A stretch of 64,000 nucleotides of DNA from contig JAXGMI010000002.1 of assembly GCA_040768745.1 (NCBI GenBank), positions 288,001 through 352,000 of the forward strand. The letters run 5' to 3'. Below, one piece after another: positions 37,316 through 47,652 of the stretch. The translations under genes were made by a program, and so were the position numbers. The DNA comes from Desulfomicrobium sp. GTDB taxonomy: Bacteria; Desulfobacterota; Desulfovibrionia; Desulfovibrionales; Desulfomicrobiaceae. A model generated the notes under the pieces. The model saw only the letters and a list, made by a program, of their open reading frames with translations. It was not told where the DNA came from and searched no databases. Numbering within the stretch: the first letter of the stretch is position 1; each line of letters opens with the position of its first letter.

Positions 37316-38521
37316 TCAGGCCACTGTCTCGGCGATAGAGAAGATGGGTAAGTACATGCTTATGACCAGGCCGCCGACCACGACGCCCAGGAACACAATC
37401 ATGACTGGCTCTATCAGCGAAGTCAGCGCGTCCACCGCCACATCCACCTCGTCGTCATAGAAATCTGCGATCTTGCTCAGCATGGAATCCAGGGCGCCCG
37501 TTGTTTCACCGATTGAGATCATGTGGATGACCATGGGTGGGAACACGCCAGTGTCATCCAGAGGTTCAGCCAGGGTCTGGCCTTCGGCGATGGATTTTTT
37601 GGCTTCGAGCACCCCCAGTTCCACAGTCTTGTTGCCGGAAGTGCGCGAAACGATGTCCAGGGCGTTCAGGATGGGCACGCCGCTGGAAACCATTGTCGAG
37701 AGGGTGCGGCTGAACTTGGCCACCGCAGCCTTGCGCAGGAGTGGCCCGAAAATGGGGGTGAACAGAACCCAGCGGTCCACCAGGATCTGCCCTTTTTCCC
37801 ATTTATAGAAGAATCGGAAGGCTATGATAAAGGCAACGATGCAACCCAGCAGGAGAAGGAAATGGTTTGTGACGAACCTGCTCAGATCGATGACGAATTG
37901 GGTGGGTGCCGGGAGACTGGAGCCGAAATCGCGGAACATCGTCTCGAAGGTGGGTATGACAAAGATGAGGATGATGGCGATGACCGCAACGGCCACGGTC
38001 ACAACCACGCCGGGATAGATCATGGCACTCTTGATCTTTGCCTTGAGCTTGGCCGCCTTTTCAATGTATTCGGCCAGACGGAGCAGGACTTGATCCAGAA
38101 TACCGCCGGTTTCACCGGCGTTGACCATGTTCGTGTACAGTGCGTCGAATACGTCCGGATGCTTTTTCAGTCCCTCATAGAGCGAGCTGCCGCCTTCGAT
38201 GTCGTTGCGAATGGAGTAGAGCTTGCGGCGCAGCTTGGAATTTTCTGTCTGTTCGCACATGATCTGCAAGGCCTGCAGGATGGGCACGCCGGCATTGATC
38301 ATGGTCGCGAATTGGCGGCTGAAAACCACCATGTCGCGCGCCGCCACGCCGCCCTCGAGAAAGGTGCCCTCCAGCAGGTCCTTGGGTTTGGGCTTGACCC
38401 GGACATCGACATAGCCTTTACGCCGCAGGACATTTTCAGCAAACTCAATGCTGGGAGCGTCCAGGTCTCCCTTCAGTCTCCTTCCGCCACGAGATTTTGC
38501 CTTGTAAATGAATAAGGGCAT
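37316..38521 (-). CDS. pilC: Type IV pilus platform protein PilC (GspF family)
   Basis: FSRQFATMINAGVP, AGETGG, SAMIYP, IGETTG, SMYLPIF. Confidence 0.92.
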   Translation of the reverse strand: MPLFIYKAKSRGGRRLKGDLDAPSIEFAENVLRRKGYVDVRVKPKPKDLLEGTFLEGGVAARDMVVFSRQFATMINAGVPILQALQIMCEQTENSKLRRKLYSIRNDIEGGSSLYEGLKKHPDVFDALYTNMVNAGETGGILDQVLLRLAEYIEKAAKLKAKIKSAMIYPGVVVTVAVAVIAIILIFVIPTFETMFRDFGSSLPAPTQFVIDLSRFVTNHFLLLLGCIVAFIIAFRFFYKWEKGQILVDRWVLFTPIFGPLLRKAAVAKFSRTLSTMVSSGVPILNALDIVSRTSGNKTVELGVLEAKKSIAEGQTLAEPLDDTGVFPPMVIHMISIGETTGALDSMLSKIADFYDDEVDVAVDALTSLIEPVMIVFLGVVVGGLVISMYLPIFSIAETVA

Positions 38522-38584
38522 AGAGGTCCTCCAGATGTGGGATCTGAAAAAAAAATCCAACCACGATGAAACGTCGCTTCCGTG

Positions 38585-38983
38585 TCAAGGCGCCTGTCGT
38601 GGCAGAGGAAGTTCAGCGAGAATTTCCTCATCCGCGGGCAGGAATGCAAAGGATTCCGCTTCGTCAAGGGTCAGCCACGCTATTTCCTGCCCTTCCCTGG
38701 GCGTCGGAGTGCCGGAAAATTCCGTCACCAGATGAAAAAAGAGTCGGATTGCGTGTTCCTTACTTTTTTTTTCCTTTATTTTCCAGAGGGAAAAAGCAAG
38801 GGCAGCAATGGAGAGTTCCTCTTCCAGCTCTCGTCGCAGAGCCTGGTTCAGGGACTCTCCGCTCTCGACCTTGCCGCCAGGAAATTCCCAAAACCCGGAC
38901 CAGGTCATGCGTGAAGAACGTCTGGCAGCCAGAAATCTGTTCCCCTTGATGATAACCCCGGCCACGACGTCGATGGTCTGCAT
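38585..38983 (-). CDS. mutT: MutT-like Nudix pyrophosphohydrolase
   Basis: WEFPGGKVESGE...RELEEE Nudix box, FLPAD. Confidence 0.75.
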   Translation of the reverse strand: MQTIDVVAGVIIKGNRFLAARRSSRMTWSGFWEFPGGKVESGESLNQALRRELEEELSIAALAFSLWKIKEKKSKEHAIRLFFHLVTEFSGTPTPREGQEIAWLTLDEAESFAFLPADEEILAELPLPRQAP

Positions 38984-40929
38984 TATGTCTCGACTCTCTG
39001 CTCTTCCAGTTCCTGCAGCTCCTTTTCCAGATAGGCCAGGTCGCCCATGACCTCTTCTGCCTTGACCTGCAGCGCCGAAAAACGCTGTCCCAGTTCACGG
39101 GCTGCCTGCGCGTCCCCATAGGTCCCCGGATCGGCCAGCTGGCGCTCAAGGGAATCCTGCTCTGCAAGATTGGCTTCGAGTTCAGCCTCGAGCCGCTCAT
39201 ATTTTTTTCTGAGCGGCTTCATTTGCTGGTAAACCCGGTTGCGGATTTCCGCTGCTTCCCGCTTCTTCTGCTTCTGGTCCTGCCGGACGGCCCGTTCGAT
39301 CCTGGAAGGAGGGTTCTGACTGGCTTCCTGCACCTTTTTGCGCTCATGATATTCGTCAAAACCGCAATTGTGCTCAACGATGCCATTGGGATGAAGCTCC
39401 CAAATTTCGTTGACTACCTCTGACAGCAAATAGCGGTCGTGGGCCACCACCAGCATGGTTCCCGCGTAGGCGCCCAGGGCTTCGATTAGCGCCTCGCGGC
39501 TTTCGATATCGAGATGGTTGGTTGGTTCGTCCAGAATCAAAAAATTGGCCCGGCTGAGAAAAAGGGTGCTCAGCACAAGGCGATTTTTTTCTCCCCCGCT
39601 CAGGTCCTGGACCTTCTTATCCCAGTAGCGCTCACCAAGCAGGAAAAGACCCAACACGGATTTGAGTTGAAAATCGCTGCTCGACGGAGAGGCCAGGCGT
39701 TTGATTTCAGACATGATCGTGAAGGACGGACGCAGGATGTCGGTCTGATGCTGGCTGAAATAGCCCGTCGTAATGCTGGAGCCCAGGTTGACCTTGCCGC
39801 TGCTGGGCTGCAGACTGCCGGTAATGAGCTTGATGAGCGTCGACTTGCCGCGTCCATTGGGCCCTACCAGACCGATTTTCTGACCCCTGTAGATGTGAAA
39901 ATTCAGACCTGAAAACAGGGGTGCATCAGGAAAAGAAAACGACAGGTCCACTGCTGAGAGCACGGTCTGGTTGCCGCGTTCCGGCTCTGGCCAGCTGAAG
40001 GACAAGGTGCGGGTGCGGGCCTCAGGTGTCAGACTCTCGAGTTCATTTTGCAGTTTGTTGATCTGGCCCAGGCGGCTTTGGGCCTGTCGGGCCTTGGTGG
40101 CCTTATAGCGAAAACGGTCTACAAAGGCCTGTTTCTTTCCAATTTCGGCCCGTAACTTCTCGGCTTGTCGTCTGGCCTGCTCGCTGCGTTCGGCGTACCA
40201 TTCCAGAAATTGAGAAAAATTTCCGTCCCGAAGAACGGGCCTCTCCCCTCCGAGAAAAAGGATCCGGTTGGCGGCGTGATCAAGAAAATAGCGGTCATGG
40301 GCCACAAAGACCAGAACGCCCTGGAAGCCCTGGACGTAGGATTCGAGCCATTCCACTGCTTCAAGATCAAGGTGGTTGGTGGGTTCGTCCAGAAAGAGGA
40401 TGTCCGCCCCCTCCACCAATACCCTGGCCAATTTCGCCCGCTCGCGCCATCCGCCGCTCAATTCCCCTATCCGCCGGCCAAAGGCAGACGGAGAGAATCC
40501 CAGACCCTGCAAAATAGCATGAGCCCTGTGTTCAGGATTATACCCGTACTGCAGTTCCAATTCCTCCTGACGTTGGTGCAGTCGGATCAGAGATGCGTCA
40601 TCGCCTGCCTTGAGGGCCTGTCTCCAATCCCGCCAAAATTCACTCCAGGACGGGAGCACCTCCAGAACAAAGTCTTCCAACTTCTTCTCCAGATCGGCTC
40701 CGAGCAATTCCTGATGAACGAACCCGACCTGGGATCCTTTGGGCATGGTCACCTTGCCGCTGTCCGGAGCAACCTCGCCGGCCATGATCTTGAGCAACGT
40801 GGACTTGCCGCACCCATTGGGTCCTACCAGGGCCAGCCGGGTTCCGGAATGAATCTCCATGGACAGCCCCGTGAACAGATCCACCCCGGAATAGGACTTG
40901 GAAACGGCTTGTACAGTGATTTTGGACAT
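38983..40929 (-). CDS. ABC-F family ATPase
   Basis: Two ABC cassettes (GPNGCGKST, GPNGRGKST; DEPTNHLD twice), no TM segment, C-terminal coiled coil. Confidence 0.95.
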   Translation of the reverse strand: MSKITVQAVSKSYSGVDLFTGLSMEIHSGTRLALVGPNGCGKSTLLKIMAGEVAPDSGKVTMPKGSQVGFVHQELLGADLEKKLEDFVLEVLPSWSEFWRDWRQALKAGDDASLIRLHQRQEELELQYGYNPEHRAHAILQGLGFSPSAFGRRIGELSGGWRERAKLARVLVEGADILFLDEPTNHLDLEAVEWLESYVQGFQGVLVFVAHDRYFLDHAANRILFLGGERPVLRDGNFSQFLEWYAERSEQARRQAEKLRAEIGKKQAFVDRFRYKATKARQAQSRLGQINKLQNELESLTPEARTRTLSFSWPEPERGNQTVLSAVDLSFSFPDAPLFSGLNFHIYRGQKIGLVGPNGRGKSTLIKLITGSLQPSSGKVNLGSSITTGYFSQHQTDILRPSFTIMSEIKRLASPSSSDFQLKSVLGLFLLGERYWDKKVQDLSGGEKNRLVLSTLFLSRANFLILDEPTNHLDIESREALIEALGAYAGTMLVVAHDRYLLSEVVNEIWELHPNGIVEHNCGFDEYHERKKVQEASQNPPSRIERAVRQDQKQKKREAAEIRNRVYQQMKPLRKKYERLEAELEANLAEQDSLERQLADPGTYGDAQAARELGQRFSALQVKAEEVMGDLAYLEKELQELEEQRVET

Positions 40930-41351
40930 TATTCTGCTTCGAAAAAGATGGACATCTGGGTCATGAGGGAATTGATGGATTTGATGAACATGTCTTCAGA
41001 AAACTCCGAGGCGACAAATTTCGTCTGCAGCATGAGGAACTCCTCCTGTTCCTCACCCAGGGGAGGGGTGATGGTCAGGGAAGCGCCGAGCAGATCTCCG
41101 TTGATGGTCAGCAGGTCCATGAGGTCTTCCCTGCTTACCTCTTCGATGGCCCCAAGGGACAAGGAGATGGTCACGGTGGGCACGTCGAGGGTGCCCTGAT
41201 TGGACTCCAGGGAGACAAAACCGCTGGCATCGTCTTCCAGCTCGAAGCCCCATAACGCTCCATCCTCGGTGGGCTGTGAGAGCTGATCGAATTCAGTGGC
41301 GACTTTGCGCAGTACATTTTCGACGTCTCGGGAAAACCGTATGAGATCCAT
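40929..41351 (-). CDS. Acidic hypothetical protein, possibly CesT/YbjN-like fold
   Basis: 140 aa, Asp/Glu-rich, LLTING motif, amphipathic C-terminal helix; strong GGAGGTG RBS. Confidence 0.7.
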   Translation of the reverse strand: MDLIRFSRDVENVLRKVATEFDQLSQPTEDGALWGFELEDDASGFVSLESNQGTLDVPTVTISLSLGAIEEVSREDLMDLLTINGDLLGASLTITPPLGEEQEEFLMLQTKFVASEFSEDMFIKSINSLMTQMSIFFEAE

Positions 41352-41684
41352 GTGACACCTCCTCGGGGTGCTTCGTGTGGAGCGGGCCACCAATCGGCCC
41401 GCTCATGGGGGTGTGATTGTGACCAGCGAAAGAATGGACGCTGGCACAGTGTCAAGGCCATGCTTTTCCTTTTGCGCGTCGGAACCCCGGCCAGATATCG
41501 ATGGCCATGCTTCAGCGATCGTCAGGAAGGGCAAAAACCCATGCCTCTTGGGAAACGGGCTGTCATAAAACGGTGCGAACCGCCTGACAAGCCCTATACC
41601 GCCCAAAGCCTCGGGCTGATGTCTGGGTTGTGAAGTGGCCTCGAGGCCGATCTGTCACACGAGTCTGCCCAGCAGTGAGGGGGA

Positions 41685-43160
41685 TCATCCAGCATTCTTC
41701 CCCAAGCCGCAGCCAGGGTCCTCTGCCCGCCCCTTGAGCTGGAATATGAGGGAGAGACCCTTGCGGACCCGTTCAGAAAAGAGTTTCCTGCCGACGACGG
41801 CCCCTGCCACCCGTTTGTTGATCTCAGCCAGGGTTGGGTAGGGGAAAACCGCCTGGGCCAACGAGGAGAGCTTCGTTCCAGAGCTGCAGACCGCGCTCCA
41901 TACCCCGAGCAGCTCCCCGGCGCTGGGACCGCAAATCTGCACCCCGAGAGGACGGTCCCGTTCATCGACGAGCATCTTGAGCTTACCCACCGCTTCCCCT
42001 TCGGTCAGTGACCGGTCATTGGAGGAAAATTCCTCCTCCCAGACCATGTAGGGGATGTTCTGCGCCATGGCGCGTTTCTCGTTCAGGCCGATGGAGGCCA
42101 GCTCCGGATCCGTGTAGGTACACCAGGGCAGCCACGTGTAGTCAGCCTTGCGCGGCAAACGAAAGACAGTGTTGGCGATAACGACCCCTCCCTCGTATCC
42201 GGCGGCATGAGTGAACTGGTATTTGCCGGTCACGTCCCCTGCAGCGAAAACCGACCTGCAAGCCGTACGCATGCGCCTGTCCACGGGCAACCCCCTGGGG
42301 TCAGGCTCTATTCCCATGTTTTCCAGCTTCAGTCCCTCGGTATTGGCCTTCCGGCCCAGGGCCACCAGGAGTTGTCCGCCGCGAATCTCCATTCTCTCCG
42401 AGGCCACGGCCCCGCGTACAACAACACCATCCTGACACCGCCCAATCTCGTTGACATGAAATTCCAGCACAAAGCGCACACCCTCTGCCACCAGCCTTTC
42501 CTGAACCAGGGCAGCCATGTCGGCATCCTCGCGGCTCAGGATCTGCGGACCGCGATGAATTACTGTAACCTGACTGCCAAGCCGGCAGAAGGCCTGGGCC
42601 ATCTCCACGGCAATGGGGCCGCCGCCCAGAATGAGCAGGGACTTGGGGAGTTCGTTGAGGGAAAAGAGGTCTTTGTTCGTCAGGAATGGGGTTTGCTGCA
42701 GTCCTGCTATGGCGGGGACAAATGGTTCGGAGCCTGTGGCGACGACCCAGAATCTGCTCGAAACGCGACAGGATCCGAGGACGACGAGATGCCCGTCCAC
42801 AAAGCTGGGTTCCCCCTGTTTGACCATGGCCCCCAGGGAGCAGAAGCGTTCCGGCGAATCATGGGGCTGGACGGCGTCGATGACCTGGCGGATTCTGGCT
42901 CTGACGCGGGAAAAATCAACTGGGGCGAGGTGGACAGGCGGAAGACCGAAGCGCTCCATGTTCTGGGCCAGACGATAGACCTGGGCAGTGCGGATCAGGG
43001 TCTTGCTCGGCACGCATCCGTAGTGCAGGCAGTCGCCGCCAAGCCGCGCCTCCTTTTCGATCAAAAGGACCTTGGCTCCCAGCCTGGAAGCGCCGGCGGC
43101 GATGGTAAGCCCGGCTGCGCCTCCGCCTATCACACCCAGATCGTAATCATATCCCGCCAT
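41685..43160 (-). CDS. Pyridine nucleotide-disulfide oxidoreductase (MerA/Lpd family)
   Basis: IGGGAAG, GGDCLHYGCVPSK, YTDPELA, YPTLAE. Confidence 0.9.
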   Translation of the reverse strand: MAGYDYDLGVIGGGAAGLTIAAGASRLGAKVLLIEKEARLGGDCLHYGCVPSKTLIRTAQVYRLAQNMERFGLPPVHLAPVDFSRVRARIRQVIDAVQPHDSPERFCSLGAMVKQGEPSFVDGHLVVLGSCRVSSRFWVVATGSEPFVPAIAGLQQTPFLTNKDLFSLNELPKSLLILGGGPIAVEMAQAFCRLGSQVTVIHRGPQILSREDADMAALVQERLVAEGVRFVLEFHVNEIGRCQDGVVVRGAVASERMEIRGGQLLVALGRKANTEGLKLENMGIEPDPRGLPVDRRMRTACRSVFAAGDVTGKYQFTHAAGYEGGVVIANTVFRLPRKADYTWLPWCTYTDPELASIGLNEKRAMAQNIPYMVWEEEFSSNDRSLTEGEAVGKLKMLVDERDRPLGVQICGPSAGELLGVWSAVCSSGTKLSSLAQAVFPYPTLAEINKRVAGAVVGRKLFSERVRKGLSLIFQLKGRAEDPGCGLGKNAG

Positions 43161-43291
43161 GCACCCTCCTGCCCAGGCCCTCTCGGCTCATGGTGTGCCC
43201 CGCACAAGGGACAATTTTCATATTTCCTCCTGGAGGTAAATGCGGTAGCCCATACGCGCTCTTTCACCCCAACAGTCGATCCGGCATACTC

Positions 43292-44416
43292 ATGAATGAT
43301 CTCTTTCAAAACAGAAAACTGCACGGCACCCACCTTGGGGACATCCTGTTGGACTGGTTTGCCCGCCACCAGCGTGATCTGCCATGGCGCCGGACGTACA
43401 CGCCCTACCATGTGTGGATTTCGGAAATCATGCTGCAGCAAACCCAAATGGATCGTGGAGTGCAGTATTTCCAGCGCTGGATCCAACACTTTCCGGACAT
43501 CCGGTCCATGGCTCTGGCCTCTGAAGACGAAATCCTCAAGCATTGGGAAGGACTGGGGTACTACTCCCGGGCCCGGAATCTTCACCGGGCGGCGCAAATC
43601 CTTTGCCACGACAACAACTGCGAACTGCCCCGGGAAATACAACAGCTTCTGCGTCTCCCTGGCATAGGTCCATACACGGCCAGGGCTATCGCCAGCATCG
43701 CTTTCGAACAGGATGTCTGCGTTGTGGATGCCAATGTGGAACGTCTCGTGAGCAGGATTTTCAATCTCAAGAACCCGGTCAAGTCCCGGCAGACCCAGCT
43801 CCAGATCAACGCTCTGTGCGAGGAGATTCTGCCTCCTGGCCGGGCCAGGGCGTTCAACCAGGCCGCAATGGAGTTCGGAAGTCTGGTCTGTGTGCCAAGA
43901 AAGCCGGCCTGTGGATCGTGTCCCGTGGCCGGCCTGTGCGAAGCCCGACTCCTGGGGGTGGAGGAAGAACGTCCCGTAGGGGCAAAGCCTGTGCAACCCA
44001 TTTATTTGTCCATGTCTACGGGCGTGCTCATTCACGAAGGCCGCATCCTGGTTCAGAAACGTCAGCCCGATGACGTCTGGGCCAATCTCTGGGAATTCCC
44101 TGGCGGGTTGGTGGAAGAAGGCGAAACTCCGGCCCAGGCCGTGATCCGGGAGTTCATGGAGGAAACCCGGCTGCGGGTGGTTGCTCCGGAGCCCATCGCC
44201 CTTTTCAAGCATGCCTATACCCGCTACCGAGTGACCTTGAACGCATTTTTCGTGCAGCTTTGTTCTGATCCGACTGACATTGTCCTGCATGCGGCCCAGG
44301 AATACAGATGGTCAAGCTGGAAGGAGCTGCAGGCGTTGGCTTTTCCGGCCGGCCATCGCAAGCTCATCGCGCATCTCAACGACGATGCCCGCTTTCAAGC
44401 GAGGGTTCACCCATGA
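43292..44416 (+). CDS. mutY: A/G-specific adenine glycosylase
   Basis: SEIMLQQT, GLGYYSRARNL, LPGIGPYTA, CX6CX2CX5C, C-terminal Nudix-like domain. Confidence 0.96.
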   Translation: MNDLFQNRKLHGTHLGDILLDWFARHQRDLPWRRTYTPYHVWISEIMLQQTQMDRGVQYFQRWIQHFPDIRSMALASEDEILKHWEGLGYYSRARNLHRAAQILCHDNNCELPREIQQLLRLPGIGPYTARAIASIAFEQDVCVVDANVERLVSRIFNLKNPVKSRQTQLQINALCEEILPPGRARAFNQAAMEFGSLVCVPRKPACGSCPVAGLCEARLLGVEEERPVGAKPVQPIYLSMSTGVLIHEGRILVQKRQPDDVWANLWEFPGGLVEEGETPAQAVIREFMEETRLRVVAPEPIALFKHAYTRYRVTLNAFFVQLCSDPTDIVLHAAQEYRWSSWKELQALAFPAGHRKLIAHLNDDARFQARVHP

Positions 44417-45243
44417 CAGCGTCCATCCTGATTACCCTGTTCGGCATCCCGCTGCTGATGGCTTTGCTGACCTATACCCTTTATTGTTACGAGGAGACCA
44501 ACAGTACAGGCAGACCCCTTCCTTTTTATCTCAATCTTTCCCTGCGTACAGTCCTGCACAGCATCCTGAGTGAAATCCTGATTCTGCTCCTGTATCCTTT
44601 GGGGCTTCGGAGGAGTCTTTGGGTCAGGCCGAGCCAGGGGAAGGCCCTGGTGGTTTTGGTCCATGGACTTTTCCACAACCAGGGGGCCTGGATTCTGTGT
44701 CGGCGCTGGCTGCACAGGCGTGGGTTCGCAACCTCATGTTTTTCTTATGCGAGCTGGAAATCGGATTGGGAGCAGACCACATCCGAGCTCGAAAAATACC
44801 TGCGAGTCGTGATGGCGGAAGATCCGTCCCGGGATGTCCACCTCGTTGGGCACAGTATGGGTGGGCTTCTGCTGCGCGCAGTCCTGGCCGGCATGGAGGT
44901 GCCAAGGCAGGTGCGGACATTGACCACCTGGGGAACCCCTTTTGGAGGCAGCAAGCTGACCCCTTTTGCCCTGAATTCCTTGGGGCGCTATTTGCGCCAC
45001 AATGGGGAGCTGGTCCGCAAACTCGGTGGCCTGCCCTTCCCTCCGCACGTCAAAAGCCTGGTTATCAGATCACCGGCAGACAACATGGTCCTGCCCAACA
45101 CTGCCCTGCGCTGCAACGTGCCCGGCTGGATGGAGCACGAGAGCAGTCCCGTCAGCCATGTGGCAATGCTGCATTCCCGGGAAGTGTTTACTGTAACCCT
45201 GGACTGGATTGATCGGCACACCGGGGATGTCGAAACACCTTAG
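44413..45243 (+). CDS. Membrane-anchored alpha/beta hydrolase (lipase-like)
   Basis: N-terminal TMs, LVHG, GHSMGG, GTPFGG. Confidence 0.85.
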   Translation: MTASILITLFGIPLLMALLTYTLYCYEETNSTGRPLPFYLNLSLRTVLHSILSEILILLLYPLGLRRSLWVRPSQGKALVVLVHGLFHNQGAWILCRRWLHRRGFATSCFSYASWKSDWEQTTSELEKYLRVVMAEDPSRDVHLVGHSMGGLLLRAVLAGMEVPRQVRTLTTWGTPFGGSKLTPFALNSLGRYLRHNGELVRKLGGLPFPPHVKSLVIRSPADNMVLPNTALRCNVPGWMEHESSPVSHVAMLHSREVFTVTLDWIDRHTGDVETP

Positions 45244-45302
45244 AGGTGGTGTGGGTCGCGGGAAGTCCCTGCTCTGTAAAGTTACCGTCGTGTGCGTCCA
45301 TC

Positions 45303-45325
45303 AAAAAAGGGGCCGTGGGCCCCTT
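45303..45325 (-). terminator. Intrinsic terminator after bamD
   Basis: AAGGGGCC-gtg-GGCCCCTT with T-run on the minus strand. Confidence 0.75.
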
Positions 45326-45350
45326 GAGAAGTGCGCAGCGTCACACGGCA

Positions 45351-46064
45351 TCAGAGCCAGTTGAAAAAGGATTTGAGCTTGCTTGGATGACGGCGGGTGT
45401 CGTTGTCTTCTTCCTGGGCATAAAAATACGCCACCTTGGCCTTGGACTCCGCCAGCTGGACAATCTCGGACAGTTCGGGGAATGTTTCAACGATATACCG
45501 GTAGCGGATCCAGGCCGCCTTATAGGACTGGGACTTGAAATAAAAATCCGCGACATAGAGTTCGTGCTCGGCAATCAACTTCCGGCATTTGCCAATGTAG
45601 ACCAGGGCTTCTCCCCGGTAGCTGCTTTGCGGGTACCCATCCACAATTCGTTTGAATGACTCAATGGCTTCGGCCAGCCCATCCTGCGGGAGATCAATGG
45701 AGCGATGGGCCTTGAACTTGTTCACGCCAATCTGGAAAAGAACATAGTCGATGGATTCATGGCGCGGATGCATGCTCAAAAATTCTTCGTATACGTCCAC
45801 TGCCTCAATATACTGATTGTCCAGGGAATACGCATCGCCAAGCATGAGACGCGCCTGCACGGAATACGGACTGAACGGATAGCGGTCGTTCAGCTTTGTC
45901 AAGGAATCGATCGCTGCGGCGTATTCCTTGTCCTGCATCTGCCCCCGTGCGTTTTCGTAAAGTTCCTGCGCCGTGTCTTCGGGAGGTGCGAGAAAATAAT
46001 AGTCAATAATGCCACAGCCATTCAAAAAAAATACAAGACAACAGAGAAGAAAATACGTGCGCAT
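45351..46064 (-). CDS. bamD: Outer membrane assembly lipoprotein BamD
   Basis: Lipobox LNGC, YPFSPY, TPRs, AEHELYVADFY. Confidence 0.92.
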   Translation of the reverse strand: MRTYFLLCCLVFFLNGCGIIDYYFLAPPEDTAQELYENARGQMQDKEYAAAIDSLTKLNDRYPFSPYSVQARLMLGDAYSLDNQYIEAVDVYEEFLSMHPRHESIDYVLFQIGVNKFKAHRSIDLPQDGLAEAIESFKRIVDGYPQSSYRGEALVYIGKCRKLIAEHELYVADFYFKSQSYKAAWIRYRYIVETFPELSEIVQLAESKAKVAYFYAQEEDNDTRRHPSKLKSFFNWL

Positions 46065-46225
46065 TGCAGATACCTGGATAGCGGTGACGTGAAAAGAGGG
46101 GATTCAAATCCACGGGCATCCCGACGTTGCGGAGAGATGCGTCTGGAACCGGAGAATGCGAAGGGGGTGACGGCTGTGCATGTGCGGTCACCCTCCTGGC
46201 GCATTTTTCAAAAGCCGACCAAAGT

Positions 46226-46543
46226 CTAGGCCTTGTCGCTCAACATTTGCTTCAGACTGGCTTTGGAGACTGCTCCGGTAACCTGTTCCACCACTTCTCC
46301 GTTCTTGAACAAAATGAGCGTTGGAATAGCCCGGATTCCGTATTTGCTGGGAGTGCTGGGATTCTCATCGACATTCATTTTCAAAATCTTGACCTTGCCG
46401 TCGAATTCCTGAGTGAGCTCCTCGATAACAGGGGCAATGGCCCTGCATGGTCCACACCATGGGGCCCAGAAATCGACAAGAACAGGAAGGTCGCATTTCA
46501 TCACTTCAGCGTCAAACCCAGCATCAGTCACTTGTGCAGCCAT
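46226..46543 (-). CDS. trxA: Thioredoxin
   Basis: [14 protein letters not shown]. Confidence 0.97.
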   Translation of the reverse strand: MAAQVTDAGFDAEVMKCDLPVLVDFWAPWCGPCRAIAPVIEELTQEFDGKVKILKMNVDENPSTPSKYGIRAIPTLILFKNGEVVEQVTGAVSKASLKQMLSDKA

Positions 46544-46546
46544 TAT

Positions 46547-47617
46547 TCACTCCTTGAAAAAAGGGTTTACGATGTAATCGTCAGGCACAATCATCCCGCG
46601 GGGGACCGCCTCAAAATCAAGGGAACTCATGAAGCCTTCGTTCGCCAACTGAACGCCGGTGTACGCTATCATAGCGGCATTATCACCACAATAGTTTTGC
46701 GCAGGGGCCAAAAATTTGAGATTCTTCGACTCTGCGAATGCGGAAAAACTCTCCCTCAAAAGTTTGTTGGCGGCCACGCCTCCGGCTACGCACAGGGTCT
46801 GTATTCCGGGGGTTGCATCCAGAGCCCTTCTGACTTTTTCCAAAAGGGTCTGCACAATGACCAGATTCACCGTGGCGCAGAGATCCTTGATCACAGACGG
46901 GGCAAAATCTTCCCGAAAGTCGACGTAGTCAACTGCAGGGATATCCTGCTGCTGCACGTAGTTTGCCACAGCTGTCTTCAACCCGCTGAAGCTGAAATCA
47001 CAGTTGTCGTTATGCAGGTAGGGTTTGGAAAAGAGCCTGGGATCGGCTGTGCCCTTGCCAGCCAGGATGTCGATGTATTTCCCTCCCGGATACGGAAGGT
47101 TGAGAAGCTTGGCGATTTTGTCAAAGGCCTCTCCCGCCGCGTCATCCAGGGTCTTGCCCAGGAGGACGAAATCCAGGGGGCTGCGCATCAGGTAGATGTG
47201 CGTGTGCCCCCCGGAAACAAGAAGACCCATGGCCGGGTAGACGATGGGGGATGTGAAATCGCAGGCCAACAGGTGGGCCTGCAGGTGGTTCACCCCTATG
47301 ATGGGAACGCCCAGGCCAAGGGATAAGGATTTGGCATAGGCAATGCCCACCAGAAGGGCGCCCAAGAGGCCTGGTCCGCGAGTGACGGCTATCAAATCAA
47401 TTTTGCGGCCTCCGGAAACCCCGCACGTGCCCAGAACCGAAGCCACAAGCTTGTCCAGCAGTCTCAAGTGTTCACGGGACGCCAGTTCCGGAACAACACC
47501 GCCGAACACGGAATGCATGGGGATTTGCGTATGTACCACGTCTTCGAGAATTTGGCCGTCCTGCCACAGGGCCACAGACGTCTCATCGCACGAAGTTTCA
47601 ATCCCTAAACAAATCAT
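46547..47617 (-). CDS. tsaD: t6A threonylcarbamoyltransferase TsaD
   Basis: LGIETSCDET, GGVVPELASR, HLQAH, VSGGH, GEAFDK, DNAAMI. Confidence 0.96.
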   Translation of the reverse strand: MICLGIETSCDETSVALWQDGQILEDVVHTQIPMHSVFGGVVPELASREHLRLLDKLVASVLGTCGVSGGRKIDLIAVTRGPGLLGALLVGIAYAKSLSLGLGVPIIGVNHLQAHLLACDFTSPIVYPAMGLLVSGGHTHIYLMRSPLDFVLLGKTLDDAAGEAFDKIAKLLNLPYPGGKYIDILAGKGTADPRLFSKPYLHNDNCDFSFSGLKTAVANYVQQQDIPAVDYVDFREDFAPSVIKDLCATVNLVIVQTLLEKVRRALDATPGIQTLCVAGGVAANKLLRESFSAFAESKNLKFLAPAQNYCGDNAAMIAYTGVQLANEGFMSSLDFEAVPRGMIVPDDYIVNPFFKE

Positions 47618-47652
47618 CCTCAATCCAGTCCCAAAAAAATGCGGGCACGGAC

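Noticed and set aside
41685..43160. Mercuric reductase merA
   Set aside because: No C-terminal Cys-Cys pair, no N-terminal metal-binding domain and no mer genes
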